From: Carcharhinus amblyrhynchos
Lineage: Eukaryota
Direction of reading: 5' to 3'
Length of the DNA stretch: 64,000 bases
NCBI GenBank assembly: GCA_965287045.1
Contig: OZ336895.1
Span: forward strand, 13,082,001 to 13,146,000
Shown: positions 1 through 12,369 of the stretch, in pieces
Position numbering within the stretch: the stretch's first letter is position 1
Layout: each line of letters opens with the position of its first letter
Position numbers and translations under genes: made by a program
Notes under the pieces: model-generated
Databases searched by the model: none
Seen by the model: only the letters and a program-made list of their open reading frames with translations
Told to the model about the DNA's origin: nothing

Positions 1-494
1 GTGGAGGTGGGGTGAGCCTTTCAAAAGCAAATTGGTTCATTATCTAAGAAGGAAAAAAAATGTGGGGAACAGGCAGAAGGGTGGCTCTGGGTGAATAGTT
101 CCTGCAGGGGGCCAGCACAGACAGTCGACAAAGAGGCCTGAATGGCCGTCTTTGTGCTGTAACAACCCTGATTTTAAGTTGCAAATGTTTTGCAGCCTCT
201 GTATAGTCACATGCATTAGATAGCCATTGGATTGCAAATAAAAACATAACTTCCTAATCTAACAATTCAATAAAAGTAAATTAAAAGCAGCAGTTGCAGT
301 AACTGGTTATTTGTTGCAAGTCAGTTGATAACTTCACCACACACTACAACATCTGAGAAAACATTTGGAATCCTGAGGGCAAATGACAGATTTTCATTGG
401 TGAAAGTGCAAAACTGATCCTCTGTGTTTAATTGATTTGATTGAAGGCATGTGCTTTTGAAAGAAGGAACAGCCTGATTTTTAAAAAGAACTTA

Positions 495-910
495 AATTTA
501 CTCTGTATCTAAGCCCATGCTGTACCTGTCCTGGGAGTATTTGATAGGGACAGTGTAGAGAGAACTTCACTCTGTGTCTAACCCTGTGTTGTCCCTGTCC
601 TGGGAGTGTTTGATGGTGGACAGTGTCGAGGGAGCTTTACTCTGTATCTAACCCCGAGTTGTACCTGTCCTGGGAGCGTCTGATAGGGACAGTGTAGAAA
701 GAACTTCACTCTGTACCTAACCGTGCTGTACCTGTGCTGGGAGTGTTTGATGGGGGACGGTGTAGAGGGAGCTTTACTCTGTATCTAACCCCATGCTGTA
801 CCTGTGCCAGGAGAGTTTGATGGGGACAGTGTAGAGGGAGCTTTACTCTGTATCTAACCCTGAGCTGTACCTGTCCTGGGAGAGTTTGATAGGGACAATG
901 TAGAGGGAAA
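495..910 (+). repeat. ~68-bp minisatellite, ~6 copies
   Basis: Unit CTGTATCTAACCCCGTGCTGTACCTGTCCTGGGAGTGTTTGATGGGGACAGTGTAGAGGGAGCTTTACT. Confidence 0.9.
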
Positions 911-1039
911 TCCTGCCTTCTGACTGCGGGCATGTCTACATCTTAAATAATAATTTTTTATTTTCTGCAAAAGTAAAAAGGAAACCGAATTTAGCCAATT
1001 AATTATTGGAAACCAGAGATTTCTCAGTTGTTGTAGTGT

Positions 1040-1212
1040 TGAGGTGAGGGTGGGGTTGGGTGAGGCTGTTGTGAGAGGGTTTGTGAGGAGCTGGGGTGGG
1101 GTGGGGGTTTGTGAGGGTGGAATTGGATGGGGCTGTTGTGAGAGTGAGTTTGGGGATGGGGTGAGGGTTGGTGGGTGGGGCTGTTGTAAGAGGGTTTGTG
1201 AGGGAGCTGTTC
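1040..1212 (+). repeat. Degenerate GT/G-rich low-complexity tandem repeat
   Basis: Recurring GGGGCTGTTGTGAGAGGGTTTG. Confidence 0.6.
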
Positions 1213-2133
1213 TGGCCAAAACAGATTCCTGAAAAGTATTTGAATTATTCTTGAGTTTGATTTTTAAATATTCACTAATTAAGAGAATTTTTATTCATAG
1301 ATTGAGAACTACATCTGACACTGCTTTCCTCTTCTGGGCCTGAGCAAATCATTTGAGTCTTGAGGTTTTTAAAAGCAGCTGAATCTTTGAGTCGGACTTT
1401 TTTATTTAAGAGCAGCTTAAAATATCACAGCTAAGACCCCAGTTGCTCTCGCTAACTCAGATTAAAAGTGGGAAGGAAGCGTTTGCTCGTTCCTGTGTGA
1501 TAGCAGCTAGTCCAGCCATCGCAGTTTGCTGCTGTACTTCTGCCTCTGATACCAATCGAACCTCCCAGCTGGCAGCAGATACCCTTCATTGCCTGTGTTT
1601 CCTCGAGCCCTAAACCTCTCCGCTCCCCCACCTCAACAACCCTGTCCAGGCACTACTTAATGTTTCACGGTGTAAAAGGTGCTATATAAATGTAAAGTAA
1701 ATTTATTAGTCCCACGTTTCCAAAATGTAAGCTGTTGTTTGATGTTTTGGAATACTGTTGACCAGACCCTGTGAGCGAGGGAGATTGGAGCAAGACCCTC
1801 CTAGTTAGTAAATACTCCATAACCACAGCTTGCATTTATATTGCACTCTTTAACATGGTAAACAACCTGATCTGCTTCAGGGGAATGAGGTTCTAGGAGA
1901 TGAGAGGGTCCGTTGAAGTAAGTCCATGAAGCAGGCCCATCAGAAACCTTTTTTATCTCTTTCCAAACAGAGGAAGAAGAGGAGGCCATTCACTCCCTTG
2001 AACACGTTCTATCATTGAGTTAACTCATGACCTAACTCTAGCTCAACTCCCCTGGCTGACCTTTACTCCTTACTCCACAAAAAAATGGATTCACTGATGT
2101 CCTTTAAGGAAGGAATCCTGCTTTCCTTACCCA

Positions 2134-2400
2134 AGGGCAGCACAGTGCTTAGCACTGCTGCTTCACAGCGCCAGGGACCTGGGTTCGATTCTTGGCTTGG
2201 GTCACTGTCTTGCGGAGTGTGCACATACTCCCCATGTCTGTGTGGATTTCCTCTGGGTGCTCCGGTTTCCTCCCACAGTCTGAAAGACGTGCTGGTTAGG
2301 TGCATTGACCCGAACAGGCGCCAGACTGTGGCGACTAAGGGAATTTTCACAGTAACTTCATTGCAGTGTTAATGTAAGCCTCACTTGTGACTAATAAATA
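2134..2400 (+). mobile_element. HE1/V-type tRNA-derived SINE, TAATAAATA tail type
   Basis: A-box-like/B-box head (GTGCTTAGCA...GGTTCGATTC), central GGTTTCCTC(C/T)GGGTGCTCCGGTTTCCTCCCACA-type domain. Confidence 0.85.
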
Positions 2401-5042
2401 CAGCAGACTTAAAGTTTAAAGTTTATGTCCAATAACAAATGTTTAGGATTACCCAGGAAAGGATCCCTGTCCAACTTTTAACAGTTGGAGCTTTAGAAGT
2501 GTCTCTCAGTGGCTTGAACACTTGCCAGGATGCGTCCTGCTGGCCTGCGGAGATTAAGGCTGTATCTTTCTGATAAGAATAGTGGGAGCGCCCTGTACAC
2601 CCACTGTAGGCTCAGGCTCCTGCTCCTGCTCCTGCTAGCTGCCCTGGCATGTTGCTCATAGTGGGTAGGATTGGGCACTTGTGTTTCCCGCAGCAAGGCG
2701 GGGTGGAGAAAGGAAAGACTTGCATTGATATAGCACCACGGTGCATCCCAAAGTGCCTCACAGCCAATGAAGTTGATTCGAAATGTAGCAAGTACAGCAG
2801 CTAATATTTGTAAAGCAAGATCTCACGGATAACGGCGTGATGGTGAGCAGATAATCTGTTTTGATGAAGTTGTTTGAGGAATAAATATTCAGGAGACCAG
2901 GCATAATCGCATCCCCCTCCAACCCCCACTGCTTTTTTTCCAAATAGTGCATGTCACTATTTACTTTCTATGTCCAACTGAAAATGTATCTGAGAGACAG
3001 CAGCTCTGACAGTGCAGCCCTCCCTCAGTAATCCACTGCAGTGTCAGGCTGGACATTTGGTCAAATCCTACAGGGGACTTGACCCTTCTGACTTTGAGGC
3101 AGCATTGTTAAAACAGAGTCAAGCTGACACCTCAGTGATGGCCTGTCCACTCTCAGCTCTGCCTGTGCTGAGATTGGACCCTTCCAGCAATGGGCCTTGG
3201 CACACTCTCTTTATCTAGGCACTCGCAAAAGGAGTTGAATCCAGTCCCATAAGAGATCCACGTGTCTTGGAGGTGACCATTGTTTCTGAGGGAGCTCCCT
3301 GTACGAGTATTCTGCCCTGTTTAAAATCCCCTGCTGGGAATGCCAGAGGTTAAAATGATGGTGAAGAGATTAGTCTGAGAAATGAAAGCACTGGGAAGAT
3401 GAGGAAAGGGGGACAGACAGATACACCAAGCTGAGATAGAGCAGGGATAAACAGTCACTTGTTCTGCACCTGCCACTTCTGGACTGGTTACAACTCTCGC
3501 TGCCTCAGTCTGATCCGACTTCATTCACTCCTGTCAAACTTCTGACATCATCAGATATTGTCCTTTTTCTTACTGAAGAAATTACCATAATAGTTAACTC
3601 TTTCCCTCCCCACTGAATAAATAGTGACCCTGTACAGTTTGGAAATGGGAATTTCGAACAGGTTACTATGCGCTGGAGCCATGATTCTGTTCCCCAGCTG
3701 GTATCTAGCGCACAGAAAGATGCAAAAGGCGCGCATTAACCCGTTCCCAGCACTCGGTGAGAGATTGGACAGGCTGTGACGTCGTTCTGCATTGTTTTGT
3801 AGGGCTGAAAAAGACAACAAGAATTTAAAATCTTCCCTTGTGCCCCCCCCCCACCCCACCAATCAGCTGGATACTGGTTCCTGTGGGTTGTTTGGAGGTA
3901 TGGCTGGAGGGTCAGTATGAGCTCAGTTGTAATGTCCAGGGCCACACTCGCTGCTCAAAGCCAGCAGTGTGAAGATTGGCACTGGGCAAAATATTGAGCC
4001 CATTTCAGTTTCCATCAAATCTGTGCCTCCGTGCAGAGAAATGTAAAGTGATGCATTTTGGTGGGAAAAGTGAGAGGAAAGGGATACAAAATAAAAGATA
4101 CAATCCTGAACCAGGGTAGACGTACACTCGTTATTGAAGGAGGCAGGGCAGGTTGAGAAAGCGATTAATAAACCGCCTCCTGGCTTTTATAACGAGTGGC
4201 ATCGAGTACAGGGCAAGGAATTATGATCAAACTTCTATGAAACACTGGTTCAGCCTCAGCATTGCATCCAGCTCCAGGTGCCGTCCTTTAGGAAAGATGT
4301 GGGGGCGTTAGAGACAGCGCAGTCCAGATTGATGCAAATGATTCCAGGAATAAAGAACTTGTCTGCGTAGACTGGAGGAATTGGGCCTGAGAGGAGATTT
4401 GGTGGAGGTGCTGAAAATCAGGAGGGGTCAGGACAGAGTAGATGATGAGAAGCTGTCCCCAGTAGTGGAACGGCCAAGAATCTCAGACCACTGACCGCAG
4501 AAGCGGAGACAACAAGAGGGAAAGGGATTTTAGACAGTGGGTGGTTTGAATGTGATGGGGGAAAGGGTGAAGAGGGGATGGGGGGAAAGGCTGGGTGGGT
4601 GGGGGAGGGTGAAGTAGGGCGGATGGAATGTGGAAGTGTATGGGGGAAAGGTAGGGCAGGGGAATGGCAAGTATGGCAGGGACGGAATGGAATTAGCTTA
4701 GTTGCTCTTGCAGAAGAATAGCACAGGGTGGGATGGGCTGAATGGCCTGCGTGCTGTTGCCTTTCTGCTTCTAGCAGGATGGGGTGCCCTCGGGAAAGAA
4801 GCGAGCAGGTTTGGAGAATAAGCAAAGCCAGATTACAACCACGGTGGTGTTTGAGGGAATGCTGGAGTTTTGAGTGTTGTAGGGGGAATACTGTGCCAGG
4901 GCCCTGTTAATGCCACTCGCTGCCGTGAACTCGGAGTGTGGGTGGGTTTCCTTCACTCTCCTGTGATGCATTTCTCCCAGTGACGAGCAGAGAGCGGCTT
5001 CATGTTTTACTGGCTCGCCTTGCATCCAGTAGGATAATACCA

Positions 5043-5071
5043 GTCGCTAGGCAACTGAGCTGCTTGGCAAC
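5043..5071. promoter_or_regulatory. Tandem RFX X-box-like motifs
   Basis: GTCGCTAGGCAAC followed by GCTGCTTGGCAAC within a locally CpG-enriched unique segment. Confidence 0.45.
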
Positions 5072-8000
5072 CAGGCCCGGTAGAATAGCTGTGTTGTGTT
5101 GGAGTGTGCCAGCCCCCCTCTCCCTCCGCCCACCCCTTGCCCCACTGTCACTGCAGCCACTGTTCATGGGGCACAATGGAGGGCCTGTCGCGAGCTGCTG
5201 CTCCCCCCACAATGCCCACCCACCCCTGCCACCGCACGCCAATCGCCTCCTTAAAGCTCATTCCCTTTTTCAGGGTTGTGTCGGAACGATGAGCCGTTTT
5301 CAGAACTTTCCCGATTCCGATCTGTATCCTCCTTGCTCCAGCAGTGTCGGAGATGCTTTCTTCAGATCAGACGCTAAACCAAGACCCTGCCTGTCCATTC
5401 ATCGATTCAAGTGGACATTAAGGGGTCGGCCATTTAAGACTGAGATGAGGAGAAATTTCTTCACTCAAAGGGCTGTGAATCTTTGGAATTCTCTCCCGCA
5501 GAGAGCTGTGGATGCTCCATCGTTGAATATATTCAAGACAGAGGTTGATAGATTTTTGGATACTAAGGGGTATGAGGAGAGTGTGGGATGGTAAAAGTAG
5601 GTAAAGACCAGCCTTGAATGGTGGAGCAGGCTTGTAGGGTTGAATGGCTGTCACCTCCTTCTTTTGCTGATGTCCTCATAACTAACTGAAGATGTTCTCC
5701 CATTGCCCTGACATTTCAACCTTTGGAAACACCAACAACAGTGGTAGTTTATGGGATCTTGCTGTTCAGTTGAAGAGATTTACTGTGTAACAGGGACACC
5801 TGTAAAAATGTGAGAAAGAAAAGCTGGCCTTTCTGTACAGCCCTTCACAACCTCTGGACACCCAGAGCACACTGTAATTAGGCACCTTGTGAAGTGTGGT
5901 CTCCGAAATGTTTTTTTAAAAAAAACTCATCGTGTACACAGCAAGATCCCGCAAACAACAATGTGAAAAATGACCAAATCATCTTTATTGGGGTGAGATT
6001 GGTTGAGATAATTAGGAGTTTGGGGGCGAGTTCCTCTGCTGTTTGGAAATGGGGGGGGGCCTTGGGATGGCTTACCTCTGCCCGAAAGGATAGGCAGGGC
6101 CTTAATTTAACATCTCATCCAAACAATGATTCCTTTGGCAGCGCAGCACTCCCTCAGTATCGCGTCAATTTTTAAGTGTCTGGAGTGGAGTTTGAACCCA
6201 CCCCCTCCTGACTCGGTGGCGAGGTTCCTACTCCCCAGAACCACAGCTTGACATGACGGTTGCTGAGGTGGAAGTTGCAGGGCAAGATCTTCCATTTCAC
6301 TCAGGTGGGTGCGAGCCTACCTCCCTCCACCCTCACACATTGGTTGGGTGGGCGAAGGCTATCAGAACATGTGCACCCCCTGATTCTGATTTGTATTAGA
6401 TGATGGGGTAGAGTTACAGGGGGAAGATTAGCCAAACAGCATCTTTCAGGGAGGAAGAGGTTCTGCTATCGCAATAAGTGTTTGGAAAAGTTCATAGTGC
6501 AAAATATTGGAGTCATTCAAGGTGCGTCTGTGTATTGGAGAGGGAATGAAATGTAAGCTACATTTTGAGGACTGAGTGGATGGGGCTTAGAAACAGCTAT
6601 TTTGTCTTTTCCTTTGCCATTATGAAGTCCTGGCTAGTGGGATTTACCACTGCCATTTATTGACAAGATACTGCTAGTAAGTGAATATTGGAATCCAGTA
6701 TCAAATTCCCAAAATTGAATGTTTGGGAAGACCCTTAGTTTGCTGTTGGAATCGAGTTTGGATCAGCGCTCCATCAATCTTGTTTCTTTGCCTTGTTCAC
6801 TCTATTGGGCGGAGAGCATTGCAAGTTTTGGCACCAGAGGAAACGAACTTCCAGGCTGTGTCTGAACTATGCCCAGCTACTGGGAGGGGTACTGCACTGG
6901 ACTTCAGAGTCACCTGGAACAGGGCTCCTATCCTGCCCAAACCCCTAGAAATGGTGCTTCCTGACCCAGATTGCAAACAGCTCAATGCCTGTGTTTGGGG
7001 AAGGTGAGGTTTAGTTTCCAGGCCCAAACTAACCCCTGAGAAACTTGTCCACTTTGAAGTTTCTTTCTCCTCAGTTAATGACGTGTCCAGTGATGCTCGA
7101 TACAAGCCAGGGTAGATTGTCATTAATGAGTGTATGTTTCAGCAAAGGCTGCATCAAGGGAAGGCCAAGGGAATGTATAGTTTTTTTTTGGTTCAGTGCT
7201 GACAGTGGGGGGGTGGTGGTGGTGAGTGAGGTGGGGTCTGTGGAGGGATGTTCCGACAGGATCTTGGGTTCTGCGCAGGTTTTGAACTGCATGTGGCCTG
7301 TGTGCTGAAGGTGATACTTTCTCTACGGTTGGGAGGCAGCTGTTACTGTGAGTCTCGACTTGATTTCAGGGTTAGCGTTTCAGTCTCATTAAATGTTGAT
7401 GCCAGTGGATTGTGTGGCAGTCAGAGTTTGCACTGATGGGGGTTCGGTTTACAGCCTCTGATTAATTAATGGGGGAGAGAAAAAACTTGAAATTGATCAA
7501 GAGATTGACAGCGCTCGAGTCAAAATCGATCCCAGTGTTACATCCCAAATAATAACACAGCCTATTTCAATGGCCCCTGCTCTCACTTCAGATCCCACCC
7601 ACCCCCCACCAAAACTCTCCCATCTCTCACTGTGGCAACAGCAGGTTTGTGTTCCTGGAAGATTGTGGAATTTCATAGCGACATAGATCCTTCTAAAAAA
7701 AATCTTCACTTATGGATGTGGACGTCGCTGTCTAGGCCAGCATTATTACCCTTGAGAAGGTGGTGATGAGATGTCGTCTTGAACCGCTGCACTCCATGTG
7801 GAGTAGGTACACCCACTGTGCTGTTAGGGAAGGAATCCCAGGATTTTAACCCAGCGAGAGCGAAGGAATGGCGATATATTTCCAAGTCAGGATGGTGAGT
7901 GACTCGGAGGGGAACGTCTGGGTGCTGATGATCCCATATATCTGCTGCCCTTGTCCTTCTAGATGATGGAGTCTGTGTGTTTGGGAGGTATTATCGAAGG

Positions 8001-9779
8001 AGCTTTAGTGAGAACCTGCAGTGCATCTTGTAGATGGTACACACGGCTGCCACTGACTGGTGGTGGAAGGAGTGAATGTTTTACAGTCTGATCAGACAGG
8101 CTTGGAGCAGGAAGAGAAATGGTCGAATGTTTCAGCGAGATAACTAGTGGAGGTATTTGAGGAGGGTACACGTGGATAACTGTAGGGGAAGGGGGGACTT
8201 GGAAGGGAAGCATAGGAATGTAAGGAGACCATTCAGCCCCTCCAACCTGTTCTACCATTCAATGCGATCATTGCTAATCTGGTCATTACTTCTGTTTATT
8301 CGCCTTTACCATAACTCTTAATCCTCTTCCCAACAACAATCTATCAATCTCAGATTAACTCTAGTCGACCCCCAGACTCAATGGCAGAGTTCCAGATTTC
8401 TACTTTGTGTAATGAAGTGCTTCCTGATGCCACCCCTGAACAGTCAAACTCCGATTTAGGATTATGCTCCCTTGTGATGGACTCTCTGACCAAAGGAGAA
8501 AGATTTTTCTCTCTCTATACCCCATGAATTCCTTTGATCATCTTCAACACCTGTATTTGATCTCAGTCTAATGTTCAATGCTCCAGGAAATAAACAAGAC
8601 TAGTCTATATAGCCTGCCCTCATAGATTAACTCTTGTGGCTTTAGTAAATTTAGTCTGGCTATTAATTGCCACTAATGACCAGTGGAGGGAGGGAAAGAT
8701 TAAGGAATTGTGGAACTGGATTATGGCGTAGCATCTGTTCTTGATTCTTGTCCACTTTTCTCTGCATATGGCTCTCCGTCTGTGTTGAGAAAACTTTTAG
8801 CTTGCAAGCAAGACATTCCTGATGACACGATCATTGTTTGATGTACTGTTTACAGGAATGTGCTAACTACTCCCAACTGTGGATATCAAGCCAGCAGGGC
8901 TAAAAGAAGAGGTGACAAGTTGTGAGAAATCACAATTCATGTCTTTATTCTTCACTCTCCTCCCTACGTTCCTCCCGATGAGTCTCGGAGATGAGTGGGA
9001 GCACAGAGTGCTGCTTCCTCAGGGTTTGATGCTGGGATCACTGCTTATGATGAATTTGCATCAAAGGTCTTGATTCAGACACTCAGTACAGAACGGTCAG
9101 ATGATACCAAATGAGGACAGAAGTAAAATCAGAAATGTAATTGTACGATCTTGGACAAATTGTGTTAATAGGTGGAATAGTATCTGAGAATCAAACTCGA
9201 GCAGTATAAGGCATGGGAGGGAGGCGTGAGAAGTACACTGAGTGTGACCAGTATCGAAATATCAAACCTGGTAAAGTCTCTGAGCCATGAGCTGGTGATG
9301 TCCAACGAACGCAGAATATCACACGACAAAAATCAGTCTAATCTGGATCTCCGGTTAGAACAGGAGAATACAAACTCTGCGCAAACTGAACACCGTTCTG
9401 CTCAGATCCACCTTGAGAACCATATCCAGCTCTGATCTCTCGTTTCTGGCAACATTCAATTGCTGGAGTCAGTGCAGAGAGGAGCCATGAGACTAATTTA
9501 ATGTTGTAGGTCTGTGTGATACCCTGGTCACTGTCTGAGGCTGAACCAATCTTTGTGTCCTATCTGACCTGGAGATGAAATCCTCCCATTCAGGAAGAAT
9601 GCCTTCTTTCTAACATTGGCAGTCCCTGTCCATGCCTCAGCACATTTTTATTTCAGGAGATGTTGGGCATCATTGGATTGGCCAACATCTGTTGTCCATC
9701 CCTAATTGCCCTTGAGAAGATTCACTGCCTTGAACTGTTGCAGTCTGTGGTGCAGGTACACTCTCAATGCTGTTGGGAA

Positions 9780-10300
9780 GAGAGCCTGTTTGTCCATTAC
9801 TGCTTGACTTGACTATTCCAATGGGCTCTTGGCCCCCTTCCACCCTCCGTAAACTTCAACTTATCTTCTGCCCACGTCCTGACATGTCCAAGTCCCATTC
9901 ATTGGTCACCGCTGTGCTCATTAACTTGGGGCACAGCAATGCTTCAACATTTTAATCTTCTCACATGTTCACATTCTTCCATCTTCTCTGTGCTCCAGCC
10001 CACAACCCTCTGAGATCTTTGTGCTCCTCCAATTCTGGTCTCTTGTGTGTCTCCATTGTTAGTGGCTGTGCCCTCATCTCCCTGGGCCCTATGTCCTGGA
10101 ATTTCCCCCCCCCCCCCTACCTTCTCTACTTCCATGACCTCAAAGACACTTCTTAAAACCTACTTCCTCAACTAAGCTTTTAGTTACCTGTCACAGTGTC
10201 TCCGTACGTGCATCCATGTAACATTTTGCTTGACAATTGTTCCTGTGAAACACTTTAGGTTTTTTTTACTGTGTTAAAGGTACTATATAAATACGAGTTT
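9780..10300 (+). mobile_element. Old L2-type LINE 3' fragment; reverse pieces ~35295-35850, 41370-41550, 49350-49480
   Basis: TTCAAGAC-like...TAAAACCTAC...GTTAAAGGTRCTATATAAAT tail. Confidence 0.55.
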
Positions 10301-10872
10301 TTATTTGATATTTAATCACTTCATTATCAAAGAGATTATGGCAGTAAACTTAGTTGAAAGCTTCATCCATGCACAATGTATCTGTAAATCTGAGATTGGT
10401 GGGAAGGAAGCCATAGACATGGACCTTCAGCCTTTGGGGAAGAGGTGGGGGAAAGGAGAGAAGCTCAAGTATCATGAGGCAGAAGTTGGCTCCACCACCA
10501 ATTTGTCCCTGTTTTCCACACACTGCTGTCCTGCCTACAGCCTTGAGCTCCCTGCCAACCCAGGCTGCAACCCGTTGTAATCCGAGAGCTCGAGGTTAAA
10601 GGAGAGGCCTTGCCGCAGAACAGAGTTCAAATCTAATCTGGGCAATACATCACAATGGATTTAGTTTAATTGGCCCATTGAAGGGTTAAAGAGGAGGCGT
10701 TCACAGTTACTGATTTCCTTTAATTTGGGTTTCTGCACCTGGGAGGAAGTGAGGTTTGTGGTTCATTTCTCTCTCGTTTTAAACTTCTGTTACAGTTCTT
10801 GTTTTGATTGGAACTAAAAGCTGGGATCAGTAAAGGATGTCAGATAGTCTGGCCTGTCCCACACCAATGTAA

Positions 10873-11015
10873 GAAGTCTGATAACACCAGGTTTAAGTCC
10901 AACCGATTTTATTTGATAGTAAACTCAATATAAATCGGTTGGACTTAGACCTGGTGTTGTGAGACTTCTTACTGTGTTTACCCCAGTCCGACGCCGGCAT
11001 CTCCACATCATGTCT
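10873..11015. mobile_element. Penelope-like inverted-end mini-insertion (hairpin)
   Basis: ~45-bp inverted arms made of the same GTTGGACTT...CCTGGTGTTGTGAGACTTCT tail; flanking direct repeat ACACCAATGTAA at 10861-10872 and 11016-11027. Confidence 0.7.
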
Positions 11016-11389
11016 ACACCAATGTAACAGATTCTGCCTCTAAAGTGACCTCGCAAGTCGCTTTCCTATATTAAACCCACTGCTAGTGGGTTCAAGAAGG
11101 TGACCCACCAACACCATCACAGGGTGACTTCTAATGCATCTTGTCAAGGATGTCCACGTCAAAGAGTTCATTTAAAAAAAAAATAAATCTTGTTGGGGAG
11201 TTGGTACTAAAATTGAATTTGGAAATGCTCGAGCAGAAAGCGGCTCCCAAGAAGGTGTCAAGATTTCTTTGAATAAGAAGTCAGCAAAGGCTAGCAGGAG
11301 AGGAGAGGGAGAAATGTTACTTCATCTACATCAACAAAGTTCACCCAGACACAACCAGCATCTCTTCCAGGGCTCTGACTCCAATGGTA

Positions 11390-11780
11390 GCTGTGACTCA
11401 GTGGGTCAAAGTCCAACTCTAGAGACTGGTGACAGTCTAGGCTGGTACTCCCAGTGTCAGGACTGAGGGGCTGCTGCACTGTCAAGGTGCTGTCTTTAGG
11501 GTGAGATGTTTGTCTGACGCCATGTCTCCCACCGGGGTGAATGTTAAAGATCCTGTGCCCACTATTCTGAGGAAAAGCAGGACAGTTCTACTTATTGGCC
11601 TGGTCAACATTCACCCCTCGACCAACATCACTGAAATCGGAACTGGTCAGTACCTCAGTACCTTTTCCCGGGATCTTGCTATGCACAACATGGCAGCTGC
11701 ATCTCCCGCACTCCAACAGTGACTATACTTTGAGTGTATTTTCATCGGCTGGAAATGCTCTGGGACATCCTGAGGTTGAG
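11390..11780 (+). mobile_element. DeuSINE (SacSINE1/AmnSINE-like); related copies ~2710-3130(-), 5815-6200(-), 23530-23870(-), 32560-33310(+, split by CR1), 33740-34005(+), 34670-35055(+)
   Basis: GGGATCTTGCTRTGCAC...ACAACAGTGACT...TGGGACATCCTGAGG 3' region recognised. Confidence 0.65.
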
Positions 11781-12277
11781 AAATGTTGGTCTGTTTTCAG
11801 AAGCATCTTGATATAGTATTTGCATCCAGCCTGACCCAGTCCAATAGGCATCACATGATCAGCTCCCGAGAGACACCCCCGGTGCTGCTTGTGGTGGGAG
11901 CCGGGAGAACCAGATTGGAAAACGGGCCACGGAGCAGTGAAAGTGCCACAGTTCTGAATGCAGACCCAAACGCCCTGTCTCCAACACAGCAGAGTTTACT
12001 CCCTTGCTGACAATCTCTTCCCACCTCTCTGCCTGTATCCTGATCCCTGTTCCTTTTTCTTCCCCTGAATCTGTGGAGAAATGCAAATTTACTTCCTGCC
12101 CTCCAACCAGATGACACTGTTCAAGAGCTGAATCTCTGGATATTTAATCACTGACCCTCACCTTGAATCGTTTCTTCCAGTTTGTTTTGTTGGTTTGCTT
12201 GTCTCGGCCTGTTCAGAGTAGGTGTAGGTCTGTGTAATCTGGGGTTCCGTTAACACTCCTCTATTTACCATTAACAG

Positions 12278-12369
12278 GGCGAGAAAAACAATGGTTTTGA
12301 CATCCTTTATCACAACATGAAACATGGGCAAATCTCCGTCAAAGAGCTGGCTGACTTTGTGAGGGAAAG
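12278..12369 (+). CDS. FCHO1: FCHO1 coding exon ([31 protein letters not shown])
   Basis: ttaacag/GGC...GAAAG/gtaaga; 92 nt. Confidence 0.95.

Noticed and set aside
706-933. Repetitive ORF from the 68-bp minisatellite
   Set aside because: It is a translation of tandem repeat units with no splice or coding support.
2134-2200. tRNA-like sequences (here and at other SINE heads)
   Set aside because: They continue into SINE central domains and tails, are multi-copy and mutated, and are not tRNA genes.
4938-5594. 218-aa ORF
   Set aside because: Non-ATG start, no recognisable domain, and the C-terminus is simply a CR1 ORF2 tail.
10339-10380. MAVNLVESFI as the missing FCHO1 first coding exon
   Set aside because: Only superficial resemblance to M..F.E.FW; no Trp and no splice donor at the required position.
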